In this document: positions 52,526-64,000 of the stretch, in pieces
How positions within the stretch are numbered: the first letter of the stretch is position 1
Layout of the letters: each line of letters opens with the position of its first letter
Assembly (NCBI GenBank): GCA_963514005.1
Contig: OY740801.1
Location: forward strand, 13,516,001-13,580,000
Source: Raja brachyura
Taxonomy: Eukaryota
Direction of reading: 5' to 3'
DNA length: 64,000 nucleotides
The notes under the pieces: model-generated
Database searches by the model: none
Seen by the model: only the letters and a program-made list of their open reading frames with translations
Told to the model about the DNA's origin: nothing
Translations under genes and position numbers: made by a program

Positions 52526-52590
52526 AAGTTTATTAGCATGGGCTTATCTGCAGATAATGGCGTGACTCAAACTTTTTGTTTTCTTTGTAG

Positions 52591-52939
52591 ACAATACAAT
52601 TCGACAAGAGCTTTCTTCTCTACAGCTCCACATGACCAAAAATCATCACTTAAGGAAATTGAGAATGAAGAAGATATACCCATAAAATTTAGCACCAGTA
52701 AGGCAAGCAGCTCTGTCTGGTCTGTGGAGAAAGCACTGGGCGGTGGTCATCAAAAACCTTGGTGGAAGGTTCTTCCCCTCAGTCTGGCTGCAATTGCTTT
52801 TTTAGTTTGGTGCATCCTTAGGAAAGAAACTGAAGTTGATAAAATCATGGGACAAGCTTTGAGTGACCATTTTCCTGATCTCATACTCTCTGAGGCTGAG
52901 CCAGAGGAAGATGCCAAGAAACCAAACAAAACAACGTAA
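52591..52939 (+). CDS. UQCC4: UQCC4-like exon 2
   Basis: Strong acceptor tttttgttttctttgtag; QYNSTRAFFSTAPH...PWWKVLPLSLAAIAFLVWCILRKETEVD...KPNKTT*. Confidence 0.9.
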
Positions 52940-55900
52940 TGAATGGAGGATGGTAGCTCCCGCAATTAGGCAGTTTTGTTTTTTTAAATTGTAGATAAAA
53001 TTCATTATGAAACTGCTGTCCTGAAGCAAATTACTGCAGAGGTTGCAAATCTGAAATAAAAATGGGCAATACTGGAAATACCCAACTGGCAAGACAGCAC
53101 CTATGGAGTCAGAATCGTATACACAATTTCAAATCAATGGCCTTTCCGTCGAACGGAACAAAGATAGAAATAAACCATTTTAAGTTGCAGAGATGGGGAG
53201 GAGCAGAAAATTAAGGAAAGGTATGTGATATGATGGATGCCAAGGAAGATTGAATGACACCAGTATGGCTGGTGCTGTTGAAAGAGTGAGAAAGATTTGC
53301 AAGCTACAAAAGGTGCATCAGGAGGCAAAAAGGAAGGGAAAAATAAAATACAAAATTACCAGTACAAGGGAGACTAAAAAGATACAAGACTGAAGTGGCT
53401 GATTAACTCTTGAGTTTTGAAGGCTGCAATGCACCCAGAAGAAACCCATGGTCCTATTCTATAAACTTGTATTGACCTTTGCAGCCTAGGAGACCAAATA
53501 TGGAGGCCAGAGAATATGAGTTGAATGGAGATTCCTTTTCTTTGCAGCTTTAAGCATGTTTAACTTCTAACATTTACCGATTCTGATAAAGGGCCTTTGA
53601 TCACGTTAACTTTATTTCTCTCTCTTCGGGTGCTGCCTGACCAACTGAGTATTTCCAGCATTTTCTGCCTTTGTTTCCTGTATCCACGGATCATTTAAAA
53701 CTTCAACTTAATCTGTTGAGGTTGAAATTTGGTTGGTGGAATCTTCCAATTGACTTTTCATGATTCCTTCGGAAACATAATTTGAAGATGTATGAGACTT
53801 CACTGCTTCTCTCTACTAAGACATCTCAACAGAGAATGAAGTGTGAGATGATCAGTCACAAAATGGCACAGCTGAGCTTCTGATGGCATTGATAATTCGG
53901 ACCTTTCCACATCACGAGTTCACATTTGATCCTTGATCTGTGCTTGGTTACTCTCTTGTAGCCATTGCATCATCAAAACTTACATCATTCAGAACCACAG
54001 TTCATCTCTGCGGCTAATTTGAAAACTGTCAACGTTTCAGCGGTAACTCCTATCTAAACATTTCTATTGATAACGTATATTTATAAATTTGATTAATCTG
54101 GAGAGTTCCTTTGTCTAATGAACTGAATTGTCAAGGAACAAGGGGTCATTTTGGAGAAAATAATCAAAATAAATTGGCTGTTTCAAATTTTGGCAACTAA
54201 TGTTCTCAGATTGAGATAATCATGAGGATGAAGATGTGGCCTGCCTGACAAATATACTGCAAAATTAGGTTGGTGGGGAGAGACAGCTGGGAGGGATTTC
54301 TCTTGAACATTGTCCTTTAACAATATGTGGTATATCTAAACGATAGGATCATCTCTGATCTGAAGCTGACCTTATCTGTAATTGCAATATTGTTCATAAT
54401 AGTGCTAATGGTTCTCACCACTACTTTTCCTTAATTGAAGTACTGTACTCAAAATGCTGCCAAAAGTGGAATTGAAACAATTAAAATCAAACTTGCTACA
54501 CCATAAATGGTGGATTGCAGTACGCACGAGTTGTGTGAAGCAGTCCTGATCAGGCAAAACAAACTGAATCATTGGTTCTTTTTGGTTTTCAATCTGTACA
54601 GGTATAAATACTGTAATAAATGTAAAGAACATATCTTTCGTTTGATATTTTTTCTTGATTGTTTATAAATAAACGTAAGTATTTCTGCAAGCATATTTTT
54701 GAGAACAAGAATTTGAAAATAGTTTTGCTATTTTTGTTCCTGGTATTGCCTTAAACTGAGGCACTTATTATTACTTGGTATATAGCCCTTCAATATTTTT
54801 AAAACTTTAGGTTCTCATAGTACCATGTTCCCATGTATAAGGTTGTACCTTGAGATTTAGTATGTGTTCCAGAAAAAAAAACATGACTGCATTTGTCTGA
54901 TAATGGCTTTCAAATGGCTGATTTCTCCATGACATCTCAAATCCTTAACAAAGGGCAGTATTGCTTTTAAATTAGTTTCAAACTTAATGTCAGGAATATG
55001 ATTTTGCAAAAGGCAAGGCAAGTAAATAAAATTCATGTTTTGTAAATTTGTAGTATACCGCTGCAGATTACATTACTTACTTGCCTCACCCGCTGAGTCT
55101 CTACCTTCATTTTTGTCTACCTTCAATTTTTCTAGCATCTGCAGTTCTTTCTTAAACATCACTTACTTGCAGACTTGCTTGGAATTTAAAAGGGTGAATT
55201 TGCATTACACGTTATTTCTTGACTGGGTTATCACAAGCACTTTCTAAAATGTTGGGGAGTGCAAACCATTGTGGTAGGTAAGGGGATGACAGTGTCATTC
55301 AGGAACTAGATCCTGTTTTCTCCAGCTATGAGCGAGACGCTCAGAGACTTGTCTGACTGGTCCGCGGGTTAAGAACATCTACAAATGGGCTGAAGAATGA
55401 TAAGAGATTAATTGCTGTTATGATCCATATTGCTGCACATAACAGATAGGACCAAAATATTTTGCTGAGGGGGTATTAGCAGCTAGCAAGCAAAATCACA
55501 AAGAAGACTTTTGAATTACTAACAAAACCATGAGAAAATTGTCTTCACGTCAAATCAGATTTGAGCGGGTGTGGGAGAAGCGGATTACAGTTTGTGGGTC
55601 ACCGGTGGACAACAGAGGGTGCTGTTCTGGCATGATCAGGTGTACCCAAATCCGGATGGGACTATCGTCTTGGCACATCAAACTGCTACAGCAAGAGGTT
55701 TAGGTTAGGAAAAATGTAGTGATCAGAATGGGGGAGGAAGACACAGAACATGCAAATGCAAGTATACTACTGCAAATAAAGTCAAATTAACAAAAAAAGC
55801 TAAAAATACAAAAGGGCTTGCATTTTGTTCAGCCAAAAGGACCAATCTTACATGGACTGACACGTGCTGTGACCCAGACAAATGCACTGCAATTATTTCA

Positions 55901-56034
55901 AAACATGAACCTGCATTTAACCATACCAACAGATGTAGGTCTGTCTCCAGATCACACACTTTCCTGGCTTAAAAATATTGCTGTTCTTTCATTGCTTTTG
56001 GATTTAGATCCTGGAACTCTACCAATGATAGAAA

Positions 56035-56260
56035 GATGAGAAGGAATTTCTTTAGTCAAAGGGTGTTCAATCGTTGAAATTCATTACCACAGACGGCTGC
56101 AGAAGCCAAGTCAATGGACATTTTTAAGGCAGAGTTTGACAGATTCTTGATTAGTAAGGGTGTCAGGGGATTTGGGGGCGAAGGCAAGAGAATGGGGTTG
56201 AGAGGAAAAGAAATGGCAGTTGACGATGGGCTGATTGGCCTAATTCTGCTCCAGGAACTT
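56035..56260 (+). mobile_element. CR1 3' end, decayed
   Basis: aggaatttctttagtca...cattttttaaggcagag-type CR1 3' motifs. Confidence 0.7.
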
Positions 56261-56439
56261 ATGAACACAACAGCATCATTGACACAAAATATGTAACGAT
56301 TCGAGATCCACACACTCCAAAAAATCTGAATTTATTCAAATTCTCAGTGACCCCCCCCCACCATTAAAAGTTGCAATACAGGACAGTTCCCACTCACAAT
56401 GTGTGTATATTAAAGTCACAGGCTAAAGATACAAAACGT

Positions 56440-56445
56440 TTTATT
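56440..56445 (-). terminator. Probable polyadenylation signal of H3.3
   Basis: AATAAA on minus about 215 nt after the stop codon; no histone stem-loop seen. Confidence 0.55.
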
Positions 56446-56658
56446 TTGAAACCTGAGCCAAGAGTCAAAGAATGTTTACAAAATGATCTGCTACTTACAC
56501 ATTGAAAATTATTATCAATACTAAAAAAAAAATATGAAAGATGACCCAGTCTTCACCAGATGCCAAGACTGCAGTCCAAAATTGTTTCAGGAATGGGCCG
56601 TTTAAAATATAAATTTCAAAATACAATTATCTTTGAGAAAATCTCAACGTATAACGTT

Positions 56659-56811
<153 letters not shown>

Positions 56812-57414
56812 TTAAAAAGTTTAACATTATTTCCTTTATAGACTCATCCTTATAGATCTACACTTGATCATTTCTAATGAGATCGAAGTCTCATAAAATA
56901 TTATGTGCCAAGATTATTTTCTCTTCACATGCAATGGGCCTAGCTGTTAAATGTAATTCCACACCATATCCCTGAAAATTATCAAAGCAACCAGTTCCCA
57001 AACAAAGATATAGGGCAGGTTTGAGCCAAGGTATTCAATTTCCTCAAGAACAGGATTAAAAATACACTTAATATAGTTCAAAGAAATCTCCAAAACTGGT
57101 ATTACATTTTCCAAAAGAAATGGGTAAGCATTTGGGAACCCAGGGCATCACTAATTTCCTATGATGGCGACCAGCAGCATCTTAATATGGTTGTTCACCT
57201 TAAAACACATTCAAAATTGAAATGGTATATTTGAAACTAATACAGTATGCTACGTTCAAGCATACACTAAACATATTGTCCATCTGATAAGCAGAAACAC
57301 AAAAAAATTAAATAATGGGGCAATGGGGAATTCACAGCCAAATGAGTCAAGGTATTGGTTTAGCCACAGGTTATTAGATAGTTGAGCCCTCAGTCACATA
57401 TGCGGACAGGATTA

Positions 57415-57651
<237 letters not shown>

Positions 57652-57890
57652 TTACTAAAACAAGTCAGGTCAAGCCAAAAGTCTCAGCTCACTTTTCTCC
57701 AATACCAGAGGGAAACCACAGCACCCATAAGATACTTGCTAACACAAACTCTTAAGACAGCTTAGACACAAAATGCTGGAATACCTCAGGTAGTATCTCA
57801 GGAGAAAATAGATAGGTAATCTTTTGGGTCAAGATCACCTGGACAAACAAGGACAGATGAATAAGCGAATTACTGGACAAACAAGAACCT

Positions 57891-58358
57891 AATAAGCGAG
57901 TTCGGTATTCCGAAAAACGCAAGAAATCATGGGATTTGTTAAAGGTCACATGCGATAAAAACTTTCGGCAGGTCCTGGACTTACGGGAACGATGGCCCAG
58001 TCTTACAGCCAGCGTGGAGAAGCAGCACTAAATCCAGCTCAACTCTGCCCATCTCACCGGGTTAACCTACAGCCCTGCCTGGACTGATGGGACACCAGCC
58101 CGGAGCTGGGGAGTTAGGGCTGCTTCTCCGTGCTGGCTGCGGGCGCCGCTCCAGTCTGACTCCCGACATCTCTGGTCAACCCCGGATGGGGGAGGGGGTG
58201 TATGGTCCAGTGACGGTTCGGCAGTGATTGCAGCGCCGGAGACCCTGGCTGCGGATGAGGCGCAGGTCTGTCCTTGTCGCAGCACGCCTGCCGAGAATAT
58301 TTTTCGCTTGTGACCTATGACCTAGGCATGCGCAGTCGGAATACTGAACTCGCTTATT
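57891..58358. mobile_element. Unclassified TIR element (MITE) in an H3.3 intron
   Basis: 23-bp TIRs aataagcgagttcggtattccga / tcggaatactgaactcgcttatt (1 mismatch); GC-rich interior. Confidence 0.7.
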
Positions 58359-58404
58359 CATCTGATCTGTGTACCAGTTTAGTTCTCAAACATCAGCAAC
58401 AAGA

Positions 58405-58703
58405 GCACAGTGGCGTAGCAGTTGAGCTGCTGCCTTACAGCATCAGACCCATTTCGATCCTGACCACGGATGCTGTCTGTGTGGAGTTTGTACATATTCC
58501 CTGTGAACGCGTGGGTTTTCTCCGAGTGCTCCGATTTTCTCCCACTCTCCAAAGACGTACAGACTTGCTTATTAGTTGGCTTTGGAAATTTTGTGAATTG
58601 TCCCTAGTGTGTAGGATAGTGTTAATCTATGAAGCGATAGCTGGTCAGCACGGACTCGGTCGGCCAAAAGGCATGTTTCCGCACGGTATCTCTAAAGTCT
58701 AAA
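58405..58703 (+). mobile_element. V-domain SINE
   Basis: agtggcgtagcagtt A-box, ttcgatcctga, V-domain, ctctaaagtctaaag tail. Confidence 0.8.
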
Positions 58704-59424
58704 GAGAAAGCAATGCCAGTGATCTCAATGACCCCCAAAATGAAAGTTTTCTCAGACAACATCTTGCAATAGGAACAATGAAATATCTAGAGCCTAGAAA
58801 TCCACATGGTTAACATCTATAAAAAGCACTTTGCTGCTCTATCAGAAAATACCTAGGCTCATTTGACAAGAATGATTAGATCACCCAAGAGCTAACCAAT
58901 TACAAACATAGTATTCTCCAATTGGAAACTCCAAACATCAAGGCCCAGAAGAGAAGCAAGTCATTCTCTGCCTAATAAGAGTCATTTTAATATCCTATCC
59001 CGCTCCCATACTGACCTCTATGACTTCGAACAAGGCTCAATATAAGCTCAAGGAACACCATTCCATGGAAACTGAAGGAACTGCAGATGCTTGAATCTCG
59101 AGCAAAGCACAAAAAGGTCAGGCAGCATCTGAGACGGTTAAGGACCCAAAACATTGTCTGTCCATTTTTACCAGACGCAGCTTTATCTGCTGAGTTCTTC
59201 CAGCACTTTGCTTTCTCCTGAAAATTACATTTGCAGTTTGTGTCTCAATTTTTCTTTGCTCTCTCATTATTAGCAAATCCACTTTTAATCAATCTCCTTC
59301 TTTCATCAACATTCCCCATCGGATATGCCTTTCCCTTTTTCAGCCCACATCACTGCCACTGGTGTAATTCCCCTCTCACGGTTTACACTTTATCACGACC
59401 ATGCCATCATTCCCCCACTCTTGA

Positions 59425-59913
59425 ACGGCCTGTCCCACTTGGGCGACCTAATCCGCATGTTCTGGCGAGTTTACCCTCGACTCATACTCGCAGGATGGTC
59501 ATCACGAGGTCTTCGTAACTCTCCTACATGCTCGAGAGTGGTCTCCGCGTACTCGAGGCCTGAGCTAGGTCGTGGCGGTTTTTTCAATATGTTAAAAAAT
59601 GCCTGCGAGTTAAAAAAAAAAAGGTCGCCATGGAAAAAAATAGATACTTATTTTACTCGTAGGTTTAGTTGTAGTAGGTCGGCATGTTAGTCGTAGGTAA
59701 TTGAGGGTAGTCTAAGGCAGTCGTAGATAGTTTTCATCAGTCGAAGGCAGGTCAAATTAGATAATCTTCACTCTCCACTATTCGGTGTCCAATTTTCCCA
59801 AAGTTAGTCATAGCTAGTCGAAGCTGGTCTTCTACATAGTCGAAGGAGGTCAACATGTCATAATTTCACTCTTCTAAACTCGCCAATCAGGTCGCCCAAG
59901 TGGGACAGCCCCT
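59425..59913. mobile_element. PIF/Harbinger-type MITE related to the 13649 element
   Basis: TIRs ctgtcccacttgggcgacct / aggtcgcccaagtgggacag; shares internal gactcatactcgcag..atggtcatca; flanks tga/tta. Confidence 0.75.
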
Positions 59914-60428
59914 TTACTGCAACTTTAATCTCATTATCCTTGTTCTCCAGAGACACTGCCGGTCCGCTCAGATACTCCAGCATTTTGTGAACTTTTAATC
60001 TTCTCCAAATTTTTGATACAAGATCAGCAACCTGAAACGTTAACCGTTTCCCTCTCCACAAATGCTGTGGGATCCGAATCGCTCTGTTTGTTCAAGTAAC
60101 AGTGTTTCAGATACTACTTTCACGGTACAATTTCTGCAGGCTGCGTCTCCAGACTGATGGCACTCAACTCGACGTCTCGGGAAGTTTGAGATTTCTACAT
60201 TTACGTGAGCGATTCGATTGTCATTTAGCACTTTCATGCAAAAGAATAATGCATTCTTCCCAGAGGGAAACCACGTTAACTATTAAAACAACTGTAACGA
60301 GCTCAGTTCAAACTATGTAAGAGGATGGGGGAAATAAAAGTTCGCGCAGAATGACGAGAGGAGGGATCTGCTAGCTGGGAATTCCTCCATGACAGCAAGA
60401 GAGGCAACACAAGTCGGAGGCCAACTCA

Positions 60429-60563
<135 letters not shown>

Positions 60564-61059
60564 TCATAGAATCTGTAGAACGGAGAGAACGATTAGACAT
60601 GACGATGTTCCACTTTATGCCGCCATACTCCACGACACTTTGTCTCTTGCCACCCCCTCCCTTCCTTACTCACTCGTATTCCCGCCCTTCCGGCAATTAG
60701 TGGCGGCGCTGTGGCTCCCAAAAGGGAACACTCTCACCGACCAGAATTTTCATAATGGAATGGCGGCTGTCTAGCCCAGTCCAACCGACCGAGCACATCT
60801 CGGGAGTCCAGTACCATAGTTTATCTCCTGGCACAATTAATGAGGGCAGCACATAATGACTAATTGTTTATTCCTTTTTCGGCCGGGTAGCCGCCCGGAT
60901 CAGAAATAACGCGGAATAAACACAATTCACTGGCAAAACAACGCGAGCAAAATAGCACGAGGGCGGAAAAAGAGGTTAAAAATACTAGCATTGCAGATGT
61001 CTTGTTTACAAAGAACCGCAGTGTTTGCAGATCCTCACCGCGGGCGCTCGCTGCTGCAG

Positions 61060-61175
61060 GTACTTATATCCCGCCTGACGTCACTCCCGGGCCAACGTTC
61101 CATAACGTTGTTCCTTGCAGGCCATTGGCCAAGTCAATTGTAATGTAACAATAAACAACCCTGGCCCCGCCCCCT
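61060..61175 (-). promoter_or_regulatory. H3.3 core promoter
   Basis: TATA-like ATATAAG 61063-61069, perfect CRE TGACGTCA 61076-61083, CCAAT 61124-61128, GC box near 61163-61174. Confidence 0.75.
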
Positions 61176-61263
61176 CAATGTCTCACTCTCACCTGGATGA
61201 CAAATACAGGAAGATAAACACATAATGCTGGAGTAATTTAGCGAGGCAGGCAGCTTATCCGGA

Positions 61264-61450
61264 GGTTACACAAAAAGCTGGAGAAACTCAGCGGGTGCAG
61301 CAGCATCTAAGGAGCGAAGGAGATAGGCGACGTTTCGGGTCGAGAAACGTCGCCTATCTCCTTCGCTCCTTAGATGCTGCTGCACCCGCTGAGTTTCTCC
61401 AGCTTTTTGTGTAACCGTCGATTCTCCAGCATCTGCAGTTCCTTCTTTAA
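61264..61450. mobile_element. Penelope-pLTR-derived foldback mini-element
   Basis: 73-bp inverted arms 61264-61416 with a 7-nt loop; 14-bp TSD cagcttatccggag at 61251-61264 and 61451-61464; inserted in an older relative. Confidence 0.85.
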
Positions 61451-61825
61451 CAGCTTATCCGGAGAGCAGGAATTGGTGACGTTTCGGCTCAGACCCTTGT
61501 TCGGACAAATTCTTACAAATGCAGGAATTGTTGCAGTGGCCAAAAACTTTCCTCTCCCTCCAAAAGATGTCCAGGCCTTATACTTACTGTTTGAATATAA
61601 TTTGACGTAAAATAACTTGTTTTACTTCAAAGTTACCAAATATTGAAACAAAATTAAATCTAGAAACAAGGACCTGCAGATCAAATATACTGCTGCAGAT
61701 ACTGGTTTACAAATAAGGACTCAACGTGCTGGAGTAACTCAGCAGGTCAGGCAGCGTCTCTGGAGAACATGGGTAGGTGATGTTTCAGGCATGGACCCTC
61801 CCTCAGACCCAAAATCAAAATCCAT

Positions 61826-62048
61826 GAGGGTACACAAAAGGCTGGAGAAATTCAGCGGGTGCAGCAGCATCTAAGGAGCGAAGGAGATAGGCGACGTTTC
61901 GGGTCGAGACCCTTCTTCAGTCTGAAGAAGGGTCTCGACCCGAAACGTCGCCTATCTCCTTCGCTCCTTAGATGCTGCTGCACCTGCTGAGTTTCTCCAG
62001 CCTTTTGTGTACCCTCGATTCTCCAGCATCTGCAGTTCCTTCTTTAAC
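61826..62048. mobile_element. Penelope-pLTR-derived foldback mini-element with two back-to-back hammerhead cores
   Basis: 95-bp inverted arms 61826-62016 centred on 61921 (2 mismatches); CTGAAGA-A-GGGTC-TC-GACCC-GAAAC-GTC at 61922-61949 (+) and 61893-61920 (-); 15-bp TSD atcaaaatccatgag at 61814-61828 and 62049-62063. Confidence 0.85.
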
Positions 62049-63194
62049 ATCAAAATCCATGAGATGGGAGAGGAGGGAGGGGGGGGGGGAGGGGGGGGGG
62101 AAGAGAAATATCAATCATGGGAGGCATCGAGGGTGCTGGTTGTAGATGGGCAACCCCACTGACTTTTCAAAAGGGAAACACAGGAGGCCATGTTGAACAA
62201 AATCTATCATTTATCATATCAAAAGCTATCATATTCCCTGCCTAGACCTTTAGATAATTCACTGGTCAGGCCTAGGAGCAGTCTGTTGAACTAAAGCTAA
62301 GATAGACATACAATGCTGGAGTAACTCGGCAAGACAGGCAGCATTGCTGGAGAGAACGGGTGGAGCCGAGCTGGTCATCTTATCATTTAATCTGCTCTGC
62401 ACATATCAGCATCTCACCCACAGGCAATATCCTTTATTTATAATCCATGATAGATTGAAATTACTTTTGCAATTCAATGGAATAAGCTTACCCACTTCTC
62501 CTCTTGAATAGAGCACTTTTGTTATTGACCTGGTAAGTTGCCAGGATGAGGCAGCTTTCAAGCAAGACCTACTTAAAGTAGCTACCCTCACCCACTCATA
62601 TTAATTCAGTTCACTACAGCCTGAACATAACACGGTGTGGTCCAGAGTATGCATGGTGGTTTCCAATGATTCAGAGATGAATATTACCGAAACTCATTCA
62701 CATTAATAAGCACCAAAGTGTAAAACGAATAAAACCCAATGATGCTTTAAGTACATTGTGTAAGAGGATAACTCAGGAAGTTTTGGAGCCCTTTGGTGAC
62801 TAAAAGTGTTACCTACATGAAGAGGCAGTGGATGTAGGTAAAATGAATATGTTGCGACGGTGTTTAAAAAGAGGGGAAGGGGAGGGGGGTGGGGGATTGC
62901 TTATCATGTAGCTGAGGAGAAAGTGTTTTAAATATTGTTGACATAAACACAGTAAGGGAGGAAACATCAGGTATAGATTGTCCAAAACTGGCTACCTCAT
63001 CAGTCTTGGTTGAAATACTTGCTAAGCTACTAAACAAAGAAAAGGAGAAAAATTGTGGAGGCTTTGACAACAATTTTTCTGTTAAGCCCACTAACACGGA
63101 ACTGTCGTTTAAAAAGGGATGAGATAAACCAAGTAGTTAAAGGGCACTTAGTTTAATTGTGTTGATGGATAAATTACTGGAGTAACTTCTGAAG

Positions 63195-63582
63195 ACTGTT
63201 CCCAACATCGGTAACATTTTTCCTGCATGTACCCTGTCCAATCCTCTAAGAATTTTATAGGTTTATTATTTTGTATGAGATTCCCTCTCATCCTTCTACA
63301 TTCCAGCGAATACAAGCCCAGTCGACCCATTCTTTTATCATATGTCAGTCCTGCCATCCCAGGAATTAACCTGGTGAACCTACACTGCATTCCCTCAATA
63401 GCGATAATGTCCTTCCTCTAGGAGACCAAAATTGCACACAATACACCAGGTGCGGTCTCACCAGGGCCCTGTACAACTGCAGTAGGACCTCCTTGCTCCT
63501 AAACTCAAATCCTCTCGCACTGATGGTCAACATGCCATTAGCTTTCTTCACTGTCTGCTGTGCCTGCATGCTTACTTTCAGT
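63195..63582 (-). mobile_element. CR1 ORF2 fragment
   Basis: VKKANGML...LQLYRALVRPHL..CVQFWSP, RFTRLIPGM; frameshifted. Confidence 0.85.
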
Positions 63583-64000
63583 AATGCAGAAATGGATGTT
63601 ACCTTTTATTAACCAGACATACTTAAAGTTGTGTCTTTGGGGGTCTTGCCCTATAGTGAATGGTCTGCAGGCTTCAAACTTATTAGCATGTCTAGGTAGT
63701 ATGTCTAGGCATCATTTCTTGTACATTCTGCTGCAACATAGTAAATTTCAAAAGGTACTCCAGGAACTCTAAGAGGGTGATTGATGGGTGCATTTCGTTG
63801 CTTTGGTACGGAATAAGGACTGCGATTTAACATGCAAGTCATGTACTCTTTGCTTCTGAAAAAACCCCACTAAAGATGGTGGGGTCGGGCAGAAGTCTGC
63901 GCATTTTTTAAATCAGGTAAAGACATGTGTACATAAAGAACTGTGACCTGCAGGAGTATGAACCCAGTGCTGGTGGATGGGATGAGGTTGGATAGCTCTC

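Larger units (their letters stand above)
46827..52939 (+). other. UQCC4: UQCC4 / C16orf91 (CCSMST1)-like gene span, 2 coding exons, 147 aa; complex III assembly factor
   Basis: join(46827..46921,52591..52939); basic presequence-like N-terminus, PIKFSTSKA..WSV..GGGHQKPWWKVLPLS motif, one hydrophobic helix, LRKETEVD; recognised from memory of human C16orf91 (PIEFSSSKA...HQRPWWKVLPLS). Confidence 0.88.

Noticed and set aside
52511-52590. ORF-track start for the UQCC4-like protein
   Set aside because: Non-ATG start inside an L2 tail and polypyrimidine tract; a phase-matched upstream exon exists at 46827-46921.
61251-62063. CRISPR-like or miRNA-like array
   Set aside because: Repeats are inverted and TSD-flanked, identical to Penelope ends, with no repeat-spacer periodicity; eukaryotic context.

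Overview
Vertebrate genomic DNA. The repeat content (V-domain tRNA-SINEs, CR1 LINEs, Penelope-derived short elements) points to a cartilaginous fish, probably a skate or ray (inference). Four spliced protein-coding genes were reconstructed exon by exon with GT-AG junctions and consistent phases: FLII exons 1-13 (minus strand, runs off the left edge), complete TOP3A (minus, 19 exons, 962 aa), UQCC4/C16orf91-like (plus, 2 exons, 147 aa) and an intron-containing histone H3.3 gene (minus, 136 aa). Introns and spacers are packed with transposons: CR1, Rex1-like, L2, RTE-like, Penelope, a non-autonomous Helitron and several MITEs. The most notable signals are RNA-level. (1) Two different short TSD-flanked retroposons each start exactly at G1 of an HDV/CPEB3-like self-cleaving ribozyme fold; one lies sense-oriented in the last intron of TOP3A. 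(2) A dispersed family of Penelope-derived mini-elements carries a minimal type I hammerhead core and forms long foldback palindromes. (3) FLII exon 9 has a diverged, frame-preserving tandem duplicate. All structures were read by eye; no folding or database search was run.
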